From: the human T2T-CHM13v2.0 reference genome, Homo sapiens
Direction: 5' to 3' (one strand)
DNA: 64,000 nucleotides
Assembly: GCF_009914755.1 (NCBI RefSeq)
Contig: NC_060929.1
Each line of letters starts with the position of its first letter. Positions within the stretch are counted from its first letter, which is position 1. Both the position numbers and the translations under genes were made by a program. The notes beneath the pieces were generated by a model. That model was not told the DNA's origin. It made no database searches and saw only the letters and a list, made by a program, of their open reading frames with translations. Positions 1-14,859 of the stretch are shown one piece after another.

Positions 1-760
1 CTCATTTTAGGTTTAAATCAGCCAAACTAAACTTCCTCCTGGGCTGAAAGATGTTGCTGGAACTCACATCACAATGAATATTTTTACAGCTGAGGGAGAA
101 AGGGCCCTGAAATGAGTATCCAGGAGGCCCTCCTTAAGCACCCTTGCTTCAGAGTTCTGCAAACCAAATGTTGGGGAGATAACGACTATTGGTTAAATAA
201 GGCACAATCAAAGTCTGTCATGTAAATAGAGCCAACTATATATTTGATATTTTGGCTTGTTGCCATATTCTCTCGCTCTCCTAAAGAAGAAAAAAAAACC
301 CTTCTTGTTAGAAAGTTCCCTGGGATGGCTGAAGTTGCCTTCCTTTAAACTACTGGGTGGCAGGCAGCTCTGCAGTTAATTAAAATTGTGGCTGCACAGG
401 TTGCAGGAAGGAGCAAATAACTTACTGAACTTTGTGGGAACTTCAAGATACAGTGGCCCCAGCCATGCATTTCTCCTTGCTTTTTTAGAAGCTGCTTACA
501 AACCTTCCCCTTGGTGCAGAAAGAACAAGATATTCACGTCTCCTAAATGTTTGGGGGGCTTCCAGATTGTCCTCAGGTCAAAACCTGTCAAATAAACTGG
601 TGAGGTGCATAATGATCTGAACAATCTTTGTGGATGAGCCGAGCCTGGTTCTTTTGTCAGGGGGAGTCATCTAGGACGAGCTTGGCATCCTGGACAAAGT
701 CCAGAGTACACAGCCCCTGAAGGCAATGCTCCATAAATGCCCAGGATCTGGCGATGCTCT

Positions 761-777
761 ACACACACACACACACA
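761..777. repeat. (AC)n microsatellite
   Basis: acacacacacacacaca run seen directly. Confidence 0.85.
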
Positions 778-1477
778 ATGCCAAGTGCAGCAAAAACATC
801 ACCACTGAACTCTCGGGAAAGCAACTAGACAACCACTGACTGCAACATATTAGACTCAGAGTGTGGACAATTAGAGACAGAAAGTTTCAACTTTATGAAT
901 ATTCAACAGGAACCAATGAAATTGTTTTTGGAACGCTCCCATTTACAACTTCCAGCCCATTCCACAGTTATCTTCCTTCCAAAACATCTGATATGGGAGT
1001 CTTCCACTTCCTTTCCCAAAGAATGCTGGATGTGTGCTAAGTTTTCCATCTCAACCATGTAAATCAATAACTTTTGCTCCCTGTTTCTTAACTGAGAGAG
1101 ATATTAACATCTGTGACTGAGAAAGTACTCAGTTTATTGAAGGGTTTTAACCTTTATAATAATTATAGTAATAGGAACATTTATAATTAACTGAAGTAAG
1201 TAAATTTTTCAACTTAGGAAAGAACAGTTAAAAGTTGGGCACCTTTCCTTTTTTTAACTTGAAAGAGTTTTGATACATGTTATTCGCTATCTCATTATAA
1301 TTTTGACATATAGCCTTGTCAATGGGTAGAGAGAAGTACTATTTATTTGAAAGCATGTGAAGCTCAAAGTGATTAAATGATTTAGTAATGTTGCAATGCC
1401 TTCTTGTTAGCCATGTTTATGGTTATTATTCTATGCTACTACATCTTTTCAAAAGACAAAAACTTACAAAAATTTAG

Positions 1478-1568
1478 AAAATCACTCATTGTTTCATAAC
1501 TTAAAAAGAAAAACACTCAACCAAAATCACTCATTGTTTCACAACTTATAAAAGAAAAAGACTCAACC
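1478..1568. repeat. Tandem duplication, two ~45-bp units
   Basis: aaaatcactcattgtttcataacttaaaaagaaaaacactcaacc (1478-1522) followed by aaaatcactcattgtttcacaacttataaaagaaaaagactcaacc (1523-1568). Confidence 0.9.
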
Positions 1569-1629
1569 AAACAAAGATAAATAAGGACATAATTTGGCGG
1601 GAAAGTGTGGGTTTAACTGTCAGAGCTAT

Positions 1630-1800
1630 GTAACTAAAGGGATGCTTCAGGAAATTTACCTGGCCCTCTGAACCTCATTTTCTCATCCATAAAATGGGTA
1701 TAATAATATCTACCAGGCAAAATTGTTGTGGGAATTGGGAATAAAATACACAATGTCCCTGGAATACGGTGGACCCACCACAAATGGTAGTTATTCACAT
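1630..1800 (+). mobile_element. MIR fragment
   Basis: ctctgaacctcattttctcatccataaaatgggtataata resembles the MIR core. Confidence 0.6.
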
Positions 1801-1929
1801 TTTGGAGTGAACGGCATTAAGGCATCAGGCGTTTGGATTTTACATATGATTAAAAATATTTATTATACATTATGTTCTATTATAAACATTTGTCTCTTTA
1901 TAGACTTACATTGCCTAATAAAAAGTGCA

Positions 1930-2740
<811 letters not shown>

Positions 2741-3382
2741 CTTGCTGAGGTACCCAGCCACCTAAATCAAATGGGCAGGATGGGCCGGGAGAAATAAGGC
2801 AGAAATGACTGTAGAGGAACCAGTATAGGGGCCATTGGTGACATACTGGGCTCTCAGTAAAACTGAGCCCCATGATTTCCTCAAACTCTCTGAAGGTATA
2901 GAGCACTCAGAAAGTGAAAAAAGGGGAAGAGAGTCACATCACTAATATTTGTTGAATATTAAATATGACTATTTAATCTCTTATGTGCCACATATGTACT
3001 GTGCAATGATTACCTGTGCCAGTCTTTGTTCTAAATGCTGGGGAGATTATAATGAAGATATGGGATGGGGTCTCCACTTTCATGGAGCTTATTTATCAAA
3101 TGTTTCTTGAATGTCAGGCAGATTTTTAGAGGCCTTCTAATCCATCACCTCAAGAACTCTATGTGATATTGTTATTTCCTTTTTTCGGATAAGAAAACTG
3201 AGCCTCAGTTGGGTTGGTTTAGAGCAGAGATCAAGCAGTTTAGTACTGGAGTCAGGATCTGAACTCAGGCACTCAGGCTCCAGAGCCCACAAGTTTCACT
3301 ATCCTAATAAATAAGATAAAAGCTTAAGTACAGACAGTCTTTGCTTTGCACCTTAGTGCAGGATTGTAAGAATGACCTTGCA

Positions 3383-3667
3383 GGCTGGGTATGGTGGCTC
3401 ACACCTGTAATCCCAGCATTTGGAGAGGCCCAGGAGGGCAACTCATCACTTGAGTCCAGGAGTTCGAGACCAGCCTGAGCAAGATGGTGAAAGCCCGTCT
3501 CTACAAAAAATACAAAAATTAGCTGGACATGGTGGCATTCACCTGTAGTCCTAGCTACTCAGGAGGCCGAGGTGGGAGGATTGCTTGAGCCCAACATGTC
3601 AAGGCTGCAGTGAGCTGTGATGGCACCACTGTACTCCAGCCTGAGCGACAGAGTGAGACCTTGTCAA

Positions 3668-3699
<32 letters not shown>

Positions 3700-3715
3700 A
3701 CAACAAAAAACACCA
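3383..3715 (+). mobile_element. Alu (AluJ-type) with (CAA)n tail
   Basis: gaggattgcttgagccc...aaggctgcagtgagctgtgat are AluJ-like; tail has decayed to (caa)n. Confidence 0.92.
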
Positions 3716-3959
3716 AAAGACCATGCAGAAACCTCACAAAGAAATAATCATAATGGTCCCATAACCTTTAGAAATATTTGTCAAAACATTAAAAACTCTC
3801 TCACTATCAGTTATAAATGTATAAAGAAATGAAAAAAATGGTAAAACAAATATTTATTTAGCATACTGTAATTTTACAGATTAGAAATGTTGAGAATTGT
3901 GTTATTTCTTTGTAAAAAACTTACCAAGAGTAGTCTGAGAAGTGCATTCTGTATTCTTT

Positions 3960-4420
3960 CATGAAATGCTCAGTCAAGTGCAGCCACAAGAGGAGACAGA
4001 GGAGAAGCTCAGGAAAACAACACTCACAGGTCCTAGAGACAGGAGACAAACCACACCAGGCAGGGCCACGTGGGGTAGCCTCAGGGTGGTCAGGAGGCAG
4101 AAAGCAGGGGTACAGGGAAAGCCGAGGCTACAGCCTTTATTGGGGTTTCCCAGCAGGGCAAGGGCAGTTTAGGACTGGCTAGTTTGAATCATTTCAGCAG
4201 GCACTTAACTATACGGGTGGTCTTTAGTTGCCTGGTTCCTGGCCTTTGGTTGACTAAGGCAGAGGAAAAATGTTGCCTCCTGAGGTGCAGGGGCCACATA
4301 GAGGAGAGATGGCTCTAGGTTGGGCAGTTTGCGTATCAAAGGCACACTCCCAGCTGAGCCCTTTGCTGTGTCTAAGGATTGGCCAGCCCTGGGAGGGGCA
4401 GTCAGACAGGTTTTTAAGAT
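3960..4420. mobile_element. Probable old ERV LTR fragment (family uncertain)
   Basis: cctttattggggtttcc...agtttaggactggctagtttgaat resembles old ERVL-type LTRs; recognised by eye only. Confidence 0.4.
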
Positions 4421-4699
4421 ATTAAAACATCATAACATACAGAAAATAAAAAAGATAAATAATACACAGTGTTATCTTTTTGTCATACAACTTACAGTAT
4501 AGAAAAATATATTTTCTATGCCCTGGTAAATTGTTACTCTCCTTTCTAAATTTGAGTGAGCACCCAACATTTAATCTTTTTCACTTTTAATTCATGAATT
4601 AACTCTGAGAGTTCCTTTAATGTGATTTTTAAAATGTAAATTTTAATTTTTTTTTTTTTTTTTGCTGGCGTCACTTCCTCTGGGATATCTTGCTCCTTG

Positions 4700-5260
4700 T
4701 CCTCACTTTCCTCATTTATGTCAATAAGGTCACCTTCGCCAAGTTCCTCTGGCTGCCTATGTAAAGTCTAGGATGCCTGAGTGTTGACATCCCAATCTCA
4801 GCTATATCTTCTCACCTCCATTTATGTTGGATTTGAATCTCACTCCCTGCGTTCTCATTTTTCATTTCTTTGCTTCACTTTCATTTTTGCTGGCCACTTA
4901 CCTCCATTGATTGTCCATTTGTGTAAGATGGCACATGGGTCATCACAGGAAGACAAGGAAGCACAGCGACATACTTTGCTGTCTGTGTGTGAACCAATAA
5001 CAGGGTGTGGTGACCATCACTGGCAGACTTTGAAAGAAGTGATGTGAGTGGTCACTGACTGATCATAGTGCTCATATTTACAAAAGTGATGTGTGTCCTG
5101 AAGAGCTAGCAGTGAAGTCTGTGCTTCATGCAGGAACTGACAGTTCATAGACCATGGTGAATGAAATCTGAACCTTGCCCTTGCGGGGACTGCATCTACT
5201 TAACTAAACTGACTAAAGGGTCATGATTGAAATTCAAACATATTGGAAGCCCAATATGTT
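4700..5260. mobile_element. Possible TcMar-Tigger-like DNA transposon remnant
   Basis: gaaatctgaacc...ttaactaaact...gaaattcaaacatattggaa resembles old Tigger termini; weak. Confidence 0.3.
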
Positions 5261-5839
5261 TGCAATATGTTTCCCATATTGGCAAAGGAAGAACTATCTG
5301 CTTCTCGGTACTGAATCTTGCACAACTATAACAAGGAAATGATAGCACATTTTAAAGACGACGACATGGATTTTATTTTGTCAAGTTGTTTTTTTCCATT
5401 GTGTAAACTAGCAGGGTGTGGCCACAGCAAGCACTATTGTTTAATCATTCAGTTGAAAACTCAGCCCACACATCTCTCCTCACCCAGTGGACCTGCTCTT
5501 TTAGGATAATTCCATCTAGCTCACAAAGCCGTACTGAAGATATTTCCTGTCTTCATGCAAAACACTTCCATCATCTCCCTGCCCAGGGGAGGAAATGGAA
5601 AGAGAACGCTTATCCATCACAACAGGATATAGAGCTGTGGACCTGATTCTACCCCACGTCTCTGATTTAATGTGCAGTCCGAACCCAGGCACAAATCTAA
5701 GCAATACACCATATGTGCAGGCCCCAGGGGAAATCAGAACAAGCCTGAAGGAAGTTAGGCGAGAGAGCAAGCCCAGAGACAATGTATATTCTTTGCTACA
5801 CATTCCATTTCCTTTGGGCCTGGATTCCATGGGTTTCTC

Positions 5840-5934
5840 TGTATGTATCAGTGTGCATGTATGCTTGGAATGTATCAGTGTATGCTTGGAATGTATCAGT
5901 ACATGTATGTATCAGTGTGCATGTATGCTTGGAA
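5840..5934. repeat. Compound minisatellite-like duplication
   Basis: 31-bp tgtatgtatcagtgtgcatgtatgcttggaa at 5840-5870 and 5904-5934, with partial units between. Confidence 0.9.
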
Positions 5935-6123
5935 GATTGGTTTATGAAGGGCACAGAAGTCTGCATCTGATTCATCCTGGTGCATACGTGATTGCAAAAG
6001 TGAGAAGAGGAATATCAGGAGGAGGAGGTGCATGAAAAGGGGAGAGTGAGGTTCTGGCAGGATCATTCAGAACGCACACTAAGGCCAATATGTTCAGAAA
6101 GGAGTGTGTAGTAAGGAGAAGAG

Positions 6124-6560
6124 TGTCTTAGTTTGGGTTTCCCAGAAGTTGGTCCTGAATACAGGAAGTTAATTTGGGGAGTAATCCCAGTAAGACCAGG
6201 AGAGTGCAGAAATGAACCAAGGACGACAGGGAAGCAGACAGGATATGACAGGGACAGGTTATGAATGCGGACACTTGGGGCTCAGTCACCCTGGAGACCT
6301 CTGTGTGGCGATTCAGAACATGCTGCCAAGTTGTCTCACCCAAGGGATGAGAAAGCCGAGGTATTTACACACCAAATCCCATCCTGGTTGAGGGCTGCTT
6401 GCTGTCGATTGCCTTTTCAGCCCTTATGGCCAAGCCTGCATATGCAGAGCACACTCTCAGGAGGCCAGGGGGAGCCTAGAGGCAGACTCACAAATTCTTA
6501 CAGTACAAGGCCATCTGGAGTGCACAAAATGGGAAGTAGCCACAGGTACTGGTAGGGCAC
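6124..6560 (-). mobile_element. Old ERVL LTR (LTR33-like)
   Basis: Begins tgtcttagtttgggtttcccagaag...aatttggggagtaatcccag, typical of an antisense LTR33/LTR16-class end. Confidence 0.55.
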
Positions 6561-6569
6561 CAACAGGGC

Positions 6570-6740
6570 CTGCTATTAGGTTCTGAATGTGGTCTGGGCA
6601 CTGCTGTAAGCACTTTGCATGTGTTAACGTGTGAGATGCTCACAACAAGCCTACAAGATAGGTCTTGTTATCACCATTTTATAGATGTGGCACAGAGAGG
6701 TTAAGTCACTTGCCCAGGCTCACAGGCTCTATGGAGCCTT
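6570..6740 (-). mobile_element. MIR
   Basis: accattttatagatgtggcacagagaggttaagtcacttgcccaggctcacag. Confidence 0.75.
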
Positions 6741-9349
6741 AGCATATGTGTTACAGCACATTGGCAATGCCCTCCGCAACGCATGCTTTTATCTTCTCTC
6801 TTTCCTTGTTTTCCCGCAAACTCTCCTAGGTTTTTAAGGCTTATGATAACTGAAGAGCATTTGTTGGTGCTAGGTACTTTACATGAGCAGGATCCCCAAC
6901 AACATAGGGTACCAGCCACCCCTGGACAGTACACCTGAGCTTATATAGAAGGAAGTACAGTTCTCTTATTTAAGTCACTGTGCTTGGGAATCTCGTCATC
7001 ACCATGAACACACAGGGTAATGTTGGAGTTCTAAGCACGGCTCTGGGACACCAAACACAGAAGGAGATATGTGGACCCAGCCCTGCTGCAGCAGTGAGAC
7101 CTTATACAGGAGGGGCTGAGTCAGTGTCTGAAGACATGCATCCCACCCCGTCCTGAGTGCTTCTTCTCTTGCTTTGATTAAAGGAGGACTCAGCCTCTTG
7201 TAGATTTCCGTTCCTTGTGGAGGGAGCTGATACAAGAGACAACATGATTGAGTCTTCTTTGGCTCCCCCACGAGTCACTGCTTGAGCCTGCCTCACCAAA
7301 CCAGTCCTGAGGTCTCAGTGCACAGAGCTGTCAGCAAACCTCCCACTCCCTGTTTGTGTTGGCTTTTGTCACTGTGCCATGGAGGTGTTGGCTAAAGCTG
7401 TTTACTGGCTTAATTTAAAAACACCTCGAGGTGTTCTTAAAATTCTGCTTTGAGCAGCAATATGGACAGAATGGCAATGAAGTCAGAAAGCAATGAAGAT
7501 AAATAGAATATAACCAAACAAAATTATCATAAAATCACATGGAGTAGCTTAAGGGAACTTTTGAAAAAGTAGATTATTTAAATATAATATTACACACATA
7601 TATCTACACATACATAGACACACATATATGTATATGTATGCACATACCTGTATAATTTCAGGAGATCTTATTGTCTTCATGGAGCTCATTTATTCATACC
7701 ATAGAGGTCAGGCCATGTTCTAGGCTAAGTGCAACTCTGAAGCACGTTCTTCCAGACCAAAAGAACAGAACAAAGCACAGAAGACTTAAAATATTAGTTT
7801 TATATGCATGAAAAATAATGGCATCAAAAATCAGACTCCTATGGCAAAAGCCACCAACATGAGCTTTCTTGATTATTTTTATGGGGCCAGGAACCATTTG
7901 ATAGCGGAATGTGGGTAAAACCAGGCGATATGAAGTGAGGAGCTAAAAATCGGCTTACGTAGCATTGTCAGTTGCCTAAACTGAATGTCAAGAGAAAAAC
8001 CTTAGAAAACTGCTTGTCCAATCTCCAGGAAACAAAGGCTCAAAGAGGAGAAGCTCATGGAGCTATTTGGTGGCAGGGTGACAGCTAAAAGTCAGCTCTC
8101 CTGTCTTCAACTCTGCACAACACTTCACGGCTTCCCTCGTTCAGTGTTCTTAATTTGTCACAGTGCACTGCAACACGACATTGAGGGAAATTCCTAAAAC
8201 TTACAATCCCTCCTTCTTCCTCACCCTATTTCCTAGAGTCATGCCACATAGCCACTTTCCCTACCCAACCCTGGCCACAGGTCCTGGCCGGCTGTCTTGG
8301 CTCTATGCAGGTAAGGGTTAGTCAGAGGGGAAAGTGAAGAGGGAAGTCAGGAGAGGAGTGGGGTAAGATTCTCTCTGCAAGCGGAGAGGCTCAATTAACA
8401 ATGACAGAAGAAGAATTCCAGCACTGTCTCCCTTCCGCAGCCCAAGAATAACATCCAGGAGTCAACACCTCTGCCTCCCACATGCTAACACACAGTCTCT
8501 TTGTCTTGTGTTGAACCTTTAAGCACTCCAGAACCCAACTTCTATGTTTTCTCTCTCTCAAGGGTTGAATGGATTTAATAAGCATTTCTAAAAGTCACCT
8601 GAGAGTAGGCTTGTGAACCAAGGCAGATGTAAGCTCTCTGGGTTTTGCTCTTTCTTTGAGGTGACTCTATAGAAGAGAAACTCACTGGAACCAAGGTACT
8701 AACATTCTTCAGCCTCTAAGTAGGCACAAATTCTCTCATCAGAGGGATCTATAGAAAGCCAATATTGATGGGGCATGAGTTCCTTCTGTCTAGAAAATAA
8801 AGACCTTACTCCTGATTGAGCTGGTGGGGAGAGGGCAGGAATGTACAAAGTCTGAGATACAACATTATGTTGGTTAACAGCACCCATTCCCAACTCTCAC
8901 TCCAGCAGCATTACTTAATGTAATATTTGTTCATTGCTTAAATTATTATTATAGCTTCAGAAAACGCCACGAGTGTATGATCATGATTATTATCTGGTTG
9001 TGGTTCTAGCTTACAACGTAAAAATGTAATCACATGGAAGAAGATCCCTCAAAAGACAAGAAATGGAGGAAATTAACATGTTACACATCAGCATTGGTCT
9101 TTGTCTGTTTTTTATTAAGTATGTTCCCAAAGCACTTCATAGGGGAAACTAAAGACACGTGGAATGTTTAAAGAGCACTGCACATCCAAATCATTTGATT
9201 CCCAGCTACAAGTCATTAGGGTGATATTATTAACCTCAAGCACACTTGGGAAATGTAGGTAAAGGACTGACAAATTTGGAAGGTCTAAAGTAGAGATTAC
9301 ATTTGTGCAATTTCAAATTTTAGCTAAATGAGTATTTTAAAAGCAAAGT

Positions 9350-9580
9350 ATATTAGGTGGTTTCTGTGTGCCAGATACTGTTCTAAATGCTTTCTATATA
9401 TTTTATTTCAGTATCATAAAAATCCCATGGACTAGGTACTATTATTAATCCCACTTTACAGTTGGGGAAATTGGTGTTCAGCATGGTTGGTAACTGGCTC
9501 AAGGCTACTGAGCTACTTAGGTGGCAGAGTCAGGAATGTCTAACTCCAAAATGTAGTCTTTTAACAAGTATGTTATATTG
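9350..9580 (-). mobile_element. MIR
   Basis: tgtgccagatactgttctaaatgcttt...cccactttacagttggggaaa. Confidence 0.7.
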
Positions 9581-9639
9581 CCTCTCAATACCTAGAATAC
9601 AAGGGTAATTAAAAAAATAAGACACAAGAATTTTTGAGA

Positions 9640-10690
9640 TTATTCATTCGTTTTGTGTATGTTTAGTGATGGTGTGTCTATGCCAGGAACTACACATGAG
9701 GAGCTGAAGATACAGTTGAAAACTGACTAGGTTCCTGCCCTGTGGCATTTACATTCTAATCTAGACAGAAAAAAATACATAACCATAGAAAAAAATAAAA
9801 TTAATGTAAGCTGTAGTAAGTGCTATGAGAAAGACAAAGATCCTGATATATTAAATAAGGAAGGAGGACTCTCTTAGCATAAGTTCTCTGTGGAAAGCTT
9901 GGCAAAGAATTGCACATAGGTGGTTTCTTTCGGGAAGTGATCACAGGGAAGAGCAGTGGGGACTGGGGGAAAAAAAAAAGAAAGAGGAAAAGCTGAAACT
10001 AGGGTGCATTCTCAAGTTGGTCACTGCTGTGTGCCATGGGAACAATTCTGCCGGGACACCAAAGAGTAGAGGAGAATGCACCTCAGAACTGTCCAACCCA
10101 TAGAAGGAAGAGATAAACACGGGTCCACCACCTCCCAATGGTCACGAGTTGTTCATTTCCTCCCGTTCCTAGGCTGTGCGTGCAAAGCTCCCATCGCAAT
10201 ACCAGAGAAATCCTGGGCCAGAAACTGAAAGAAGCCAGGTACAGCTGAGGCCAGGGGTTGCCAGGTGCTGTCACCCAGACAAAGTTTGTTGCTACGATGG
10301 CTGGCCAAGAGGTGGGCTGAGTGGGCTGTGAGGACACACAAGGTGACCAATACAGAGACCTGTGTTAGGGGGCTGTGTCAGAGAAAGCTTCCCTGTGGAG
10401 GTGGCTTTTGTGATGAGATTTCAGGAGGACAAAGAGCTAAGCATGGTGAGAGCTGAGAGAAGAACATTTCCAAGCATAGGAACCAGCCATTGAAAGGCCC
10501 TCAGAAAGAGGTAGCATCTTTCAGGAACTGACACCCAGGGTAGCTGTGATAAGGAAAGGTGAGAAGCAGCCCAGGATGTCATAGGGGTGCAGTGCCAGGT
10601 CACACAGAGGCTTGGAGAACATGATAAGGATTTCATTTCTAGTGAATACAAACTCATTGAAGGGTCATAAAAATGCACTCTATTAACCTC
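9640..10690 (-). mobile_element. L2 fragment interrupted by an old ERVL LTR (~9870-10370)
   Basis: L2-like tcattc...ttcctgccctgtggcatttacattcta before and tcagagaaagcttccctgtggaggtggc after an LTR33-like block. Confidence 0.5.
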
Positions 10691-10892
10691 CAAACAAGGG
10701 ATCACAAGAGTTTCAGAGCTGAAAAAGAACCATAGGTGTGAAGCTGAGAGGTCATTCTATACAAGAAAGAACAAACTGGTTGATAGTTCCATTGGCCAAA
10801 GGTCCATACTGGGGCCAAGAACAAGGGCTTCCCTCAAAGTCAACAGGGCCAAATTTGTTGTGCACTGCTGAGTTGAGGGAGCTAGTCCGTAG

Positions 10893-11340
<448 letters not shown>

Positions 11341-11737
11341 TAAAGAAAGGTCTCAAATCTCTAAGACTTGGGGTATTAGAACTCTGAAAGAGACTCTTGT
11401 ACTGGGAGCTCCTGAGTCTCCCCACTTGAGCTTCAGTTTTATCTTCCTCTGATAAGTCTTTCACTTTGATTTCTCCTGTATCTGCTGTGCTGGGCCCAAA
11501 GGAGGTATTAACATTCTGGTCCAAGCCTCAACAAAACCCCTTACCCTTGAGATATTTGTTGAACAGGAATTGCCTATGTTTATTTAAACATATTTGCCAC
11601 ATGATTAATGAGCAACATAAAACGCTTACACCTGGGAATCATGAAACTTGTAATTTCCATGCTCCTTGCCTATCTGACCTTTCCTTAGCTCACAGGTACA
11701 TCAATACACATCCTGTCTCTGTAATACCTTTGGTGGT

Positions 11738-12115
11738 TGTGTTAGAGCGGACTAACTGCTTAACAAGTCCCAAATTCCAGTGACTTAACACAGCAAAGTT
11801 TATCTTTCATTCTGGTCACATTCCCTTACAGAGCTACTGCAAAGTTCTATTCCATGCAGTCATTTAGGAATCCAGGCTCATTCCTTCTTATGGCTCTATC
11901 CTCTTCTGAGTTTTTGAAATCTTCTCCATTTGGCCAGTGTAAGGCAAAGAGCACACGTGGAAAAGGCACCACTGCTCTCAGGTGAGGCACATCCACTCTG
12001 ATGGAAACTAGTCTTACAGCCCACCCTGGTGCACAGGGATTAAGAAGTGTAATCTATTGGGATCCCAAGAATAGGGGACCTTGGGTATTGTGAGCACCAG
12101 CAGCCCCTACCACAG
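11738..12115 (-). mobile_element. MLT1-type MaLR LTR
   Basis: taacaagtcccaaattccagtgacttaacacagcaaagtttat is a typical old MLT1 antisense end. Confidence 0.6.
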
Positions 12116-12290
12116 TGGTGGAGGAAAACAAAGCACTATTAACCTTCCAAGAAAAATATGGAAGCTGCACATATGCTTTATCATGTAATATAGGCCAGGG
12201 TCAGGGGAGTATGCTTGGCTTCCTAAAGTGCATGCAGAAACAATGTAGAGTACACATTGCTATCACCAGAACTTAGAAGAAACTCAAAGA

Positions 12291-12963
<673 letters not shown>

Positions 12964-13079
12964 CTACTTATTCCAAATAATAAATATTGAAGAAATTTTA
13001 AGTGAAATATATTTAGGCGTCTTTTTCTCTCTCTGACTCTTTAGAAATTGTAAAACTTCTGAGCCTGCAGGTCTTCTTT

Positions 13080-13815
13080 TTTCCTTTTAATTGTGGTAAA
13101 ATACACATAAAATTTCCCGTCTTAATCAGGTGTAAGTGTACAATTCAGTAGTATAGAGTACATGGCATGGTTGTGCAACCAATCTCCAGGACTCTTTCCA
13201 TAAACCCAGAATAATTAGTTAACAGTCAAGAACAGGAATAAAATCTAGATTTACACCTCCCACATAAAGATCATAAACATTTCTTTAGAGTGACAATAAT
13301 GTTATTTTGCCTAAAGCTTGATTTTCAGTATATTGATCATTATCGAGCAATGTTATTTATTATTTTGTTTTTTAACTGTGGTAAAACTTACATAATGTAA
13401 TTTGCCATCTTAACCATTTTTAAGTGTATAGTTCAGTAGCGTTATGTGTAGTCACATTTCTGAGCAACAATCTCTAAGACTTTTTCATCTAGAAAAACTG
13501 AAGCTCTTTATCCATTAAACAATTCTTTCTTCCCCCAGCACCTGGAAACCACAATTCTACTTTCCGTCTCTTAAGAATTTGACTACTCTAGGTACCTTAT
13601 GTAAGCAAGATTGTATGGTAGCTGTCTTTTTATAATTGGCTTATTACTTACTATAATGTCCTCGAGGTCCATCCATGCTGTAGAATGTGTCAGAATTTCC
13701 TTCCTTTTTAAGGCTGAGTAATATTCTATTGTATGTATATATCACATTTTGTTTATTCATCTACCCAGTGATAGACACTTCGGTTGCTTCTACCTTTTGG
13801 CTATTATGAGTAATG
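13080..13815 (-). mobile_element. Two L1M (L1MB-like) 3'-end fragments
   Basis: ttttaattgtggtaaaatacacataaaattt at ~13085 and tttaactgtggtaaaacttacataatgtaatttgccatcttaaccatttttaagtgta at ~13370, with following 3'UTR sequence. Confidence 0.8.
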
Positions 13816-13880
13816 CAAGGGCAGCCGTTATTAAGGTAAGTTTTGAAGATGGAGAATCACAATGAACAACACACTCACTG

Positions 13881-13915
13881 GTGTGTGCGTGTGTGTGTGT
13901 GTGTGCGCGTGTGCA
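13881..13915. repeat. (GT)n/(GC) microsatellite
   Basis: gtgtgtgcgtgtgtgtgtgtgtgtgcgcgtgtgc. Confidence 0.85.
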
Positions 13916-14859
13916 CATGTTCATGCTCTTGTCACCTTCCTCCTACTCACAGACTCAGAGTGTGGCAGAAAACTAATAATTGAATCTAGGACACTTGATT
14001 GTACCATTTTCTTTACTCCCATAGGACAGGTTCTTATGTAATGAAAGTATCTCTTAAATTTCATCTACTAAAATGATAATTTTCTGAAAGAATATGGGAC
14101 ATTGTCCAAGTAAAGGGGTTTGAAGTTGCACTAGTTAATTACTCTCAGAGTTAATCCCTCAATAAGTTACTTGTAAGTACCTATTTGGTATTCTATTCAG
14201 CGGAGGTTCTGGTACATAAAAACAGTGCACAGTCCTTTCCCTGGTCATAGTTTAGGTATAACATAAAATACTAGGCTAACACTTTCAAATGGTGTCTACT
14301 GAACATCAGTGTTCAGTGTGATGTTAGTAGATGCTTCATAATAATAGCGTTCCATGGTCAAATATGCTTGACCATGGAACACTGTGATACAATTTTTAAA
14401 TTTTTATACAAACACAACTTAATTGAGGCCCAAGCACAGGGGTGATGGGGTGGGAGGGGAGTATGTCTGTGTTGAGTTCAGTTACGGGAGCGATTTAGCA
14501 TCTAGTCAAGGCAGAGAAGTCAATCATTGAGCAATCACTGGTAAACAAAATGACAACTCATCTAGATATCACACATTATAATTTTCTCGAATTAAAATCT
14601 TTCTATTGGCAACTTTCAAAACTCTTGTGCATCACTGGGCTCATTAGGTAAACTGTGTAATGTCCGGGTGTCTCATGGTGGTAGATTTCTAGCCCATAAT
14701 GGTGCCAAAAGTTGCCCACCCATCAAACGCACCTCTTTCACCACTCTCAACTTTAAGCCCCCGGAGTTGTAGATGTATCTCTCATGGGCTCACTCTTCTA
14801 GAAAAGGTGGGCTTTTCTGGACATAGTCCCCCAAACAATGCTGAGGCCCATGCCATGAG

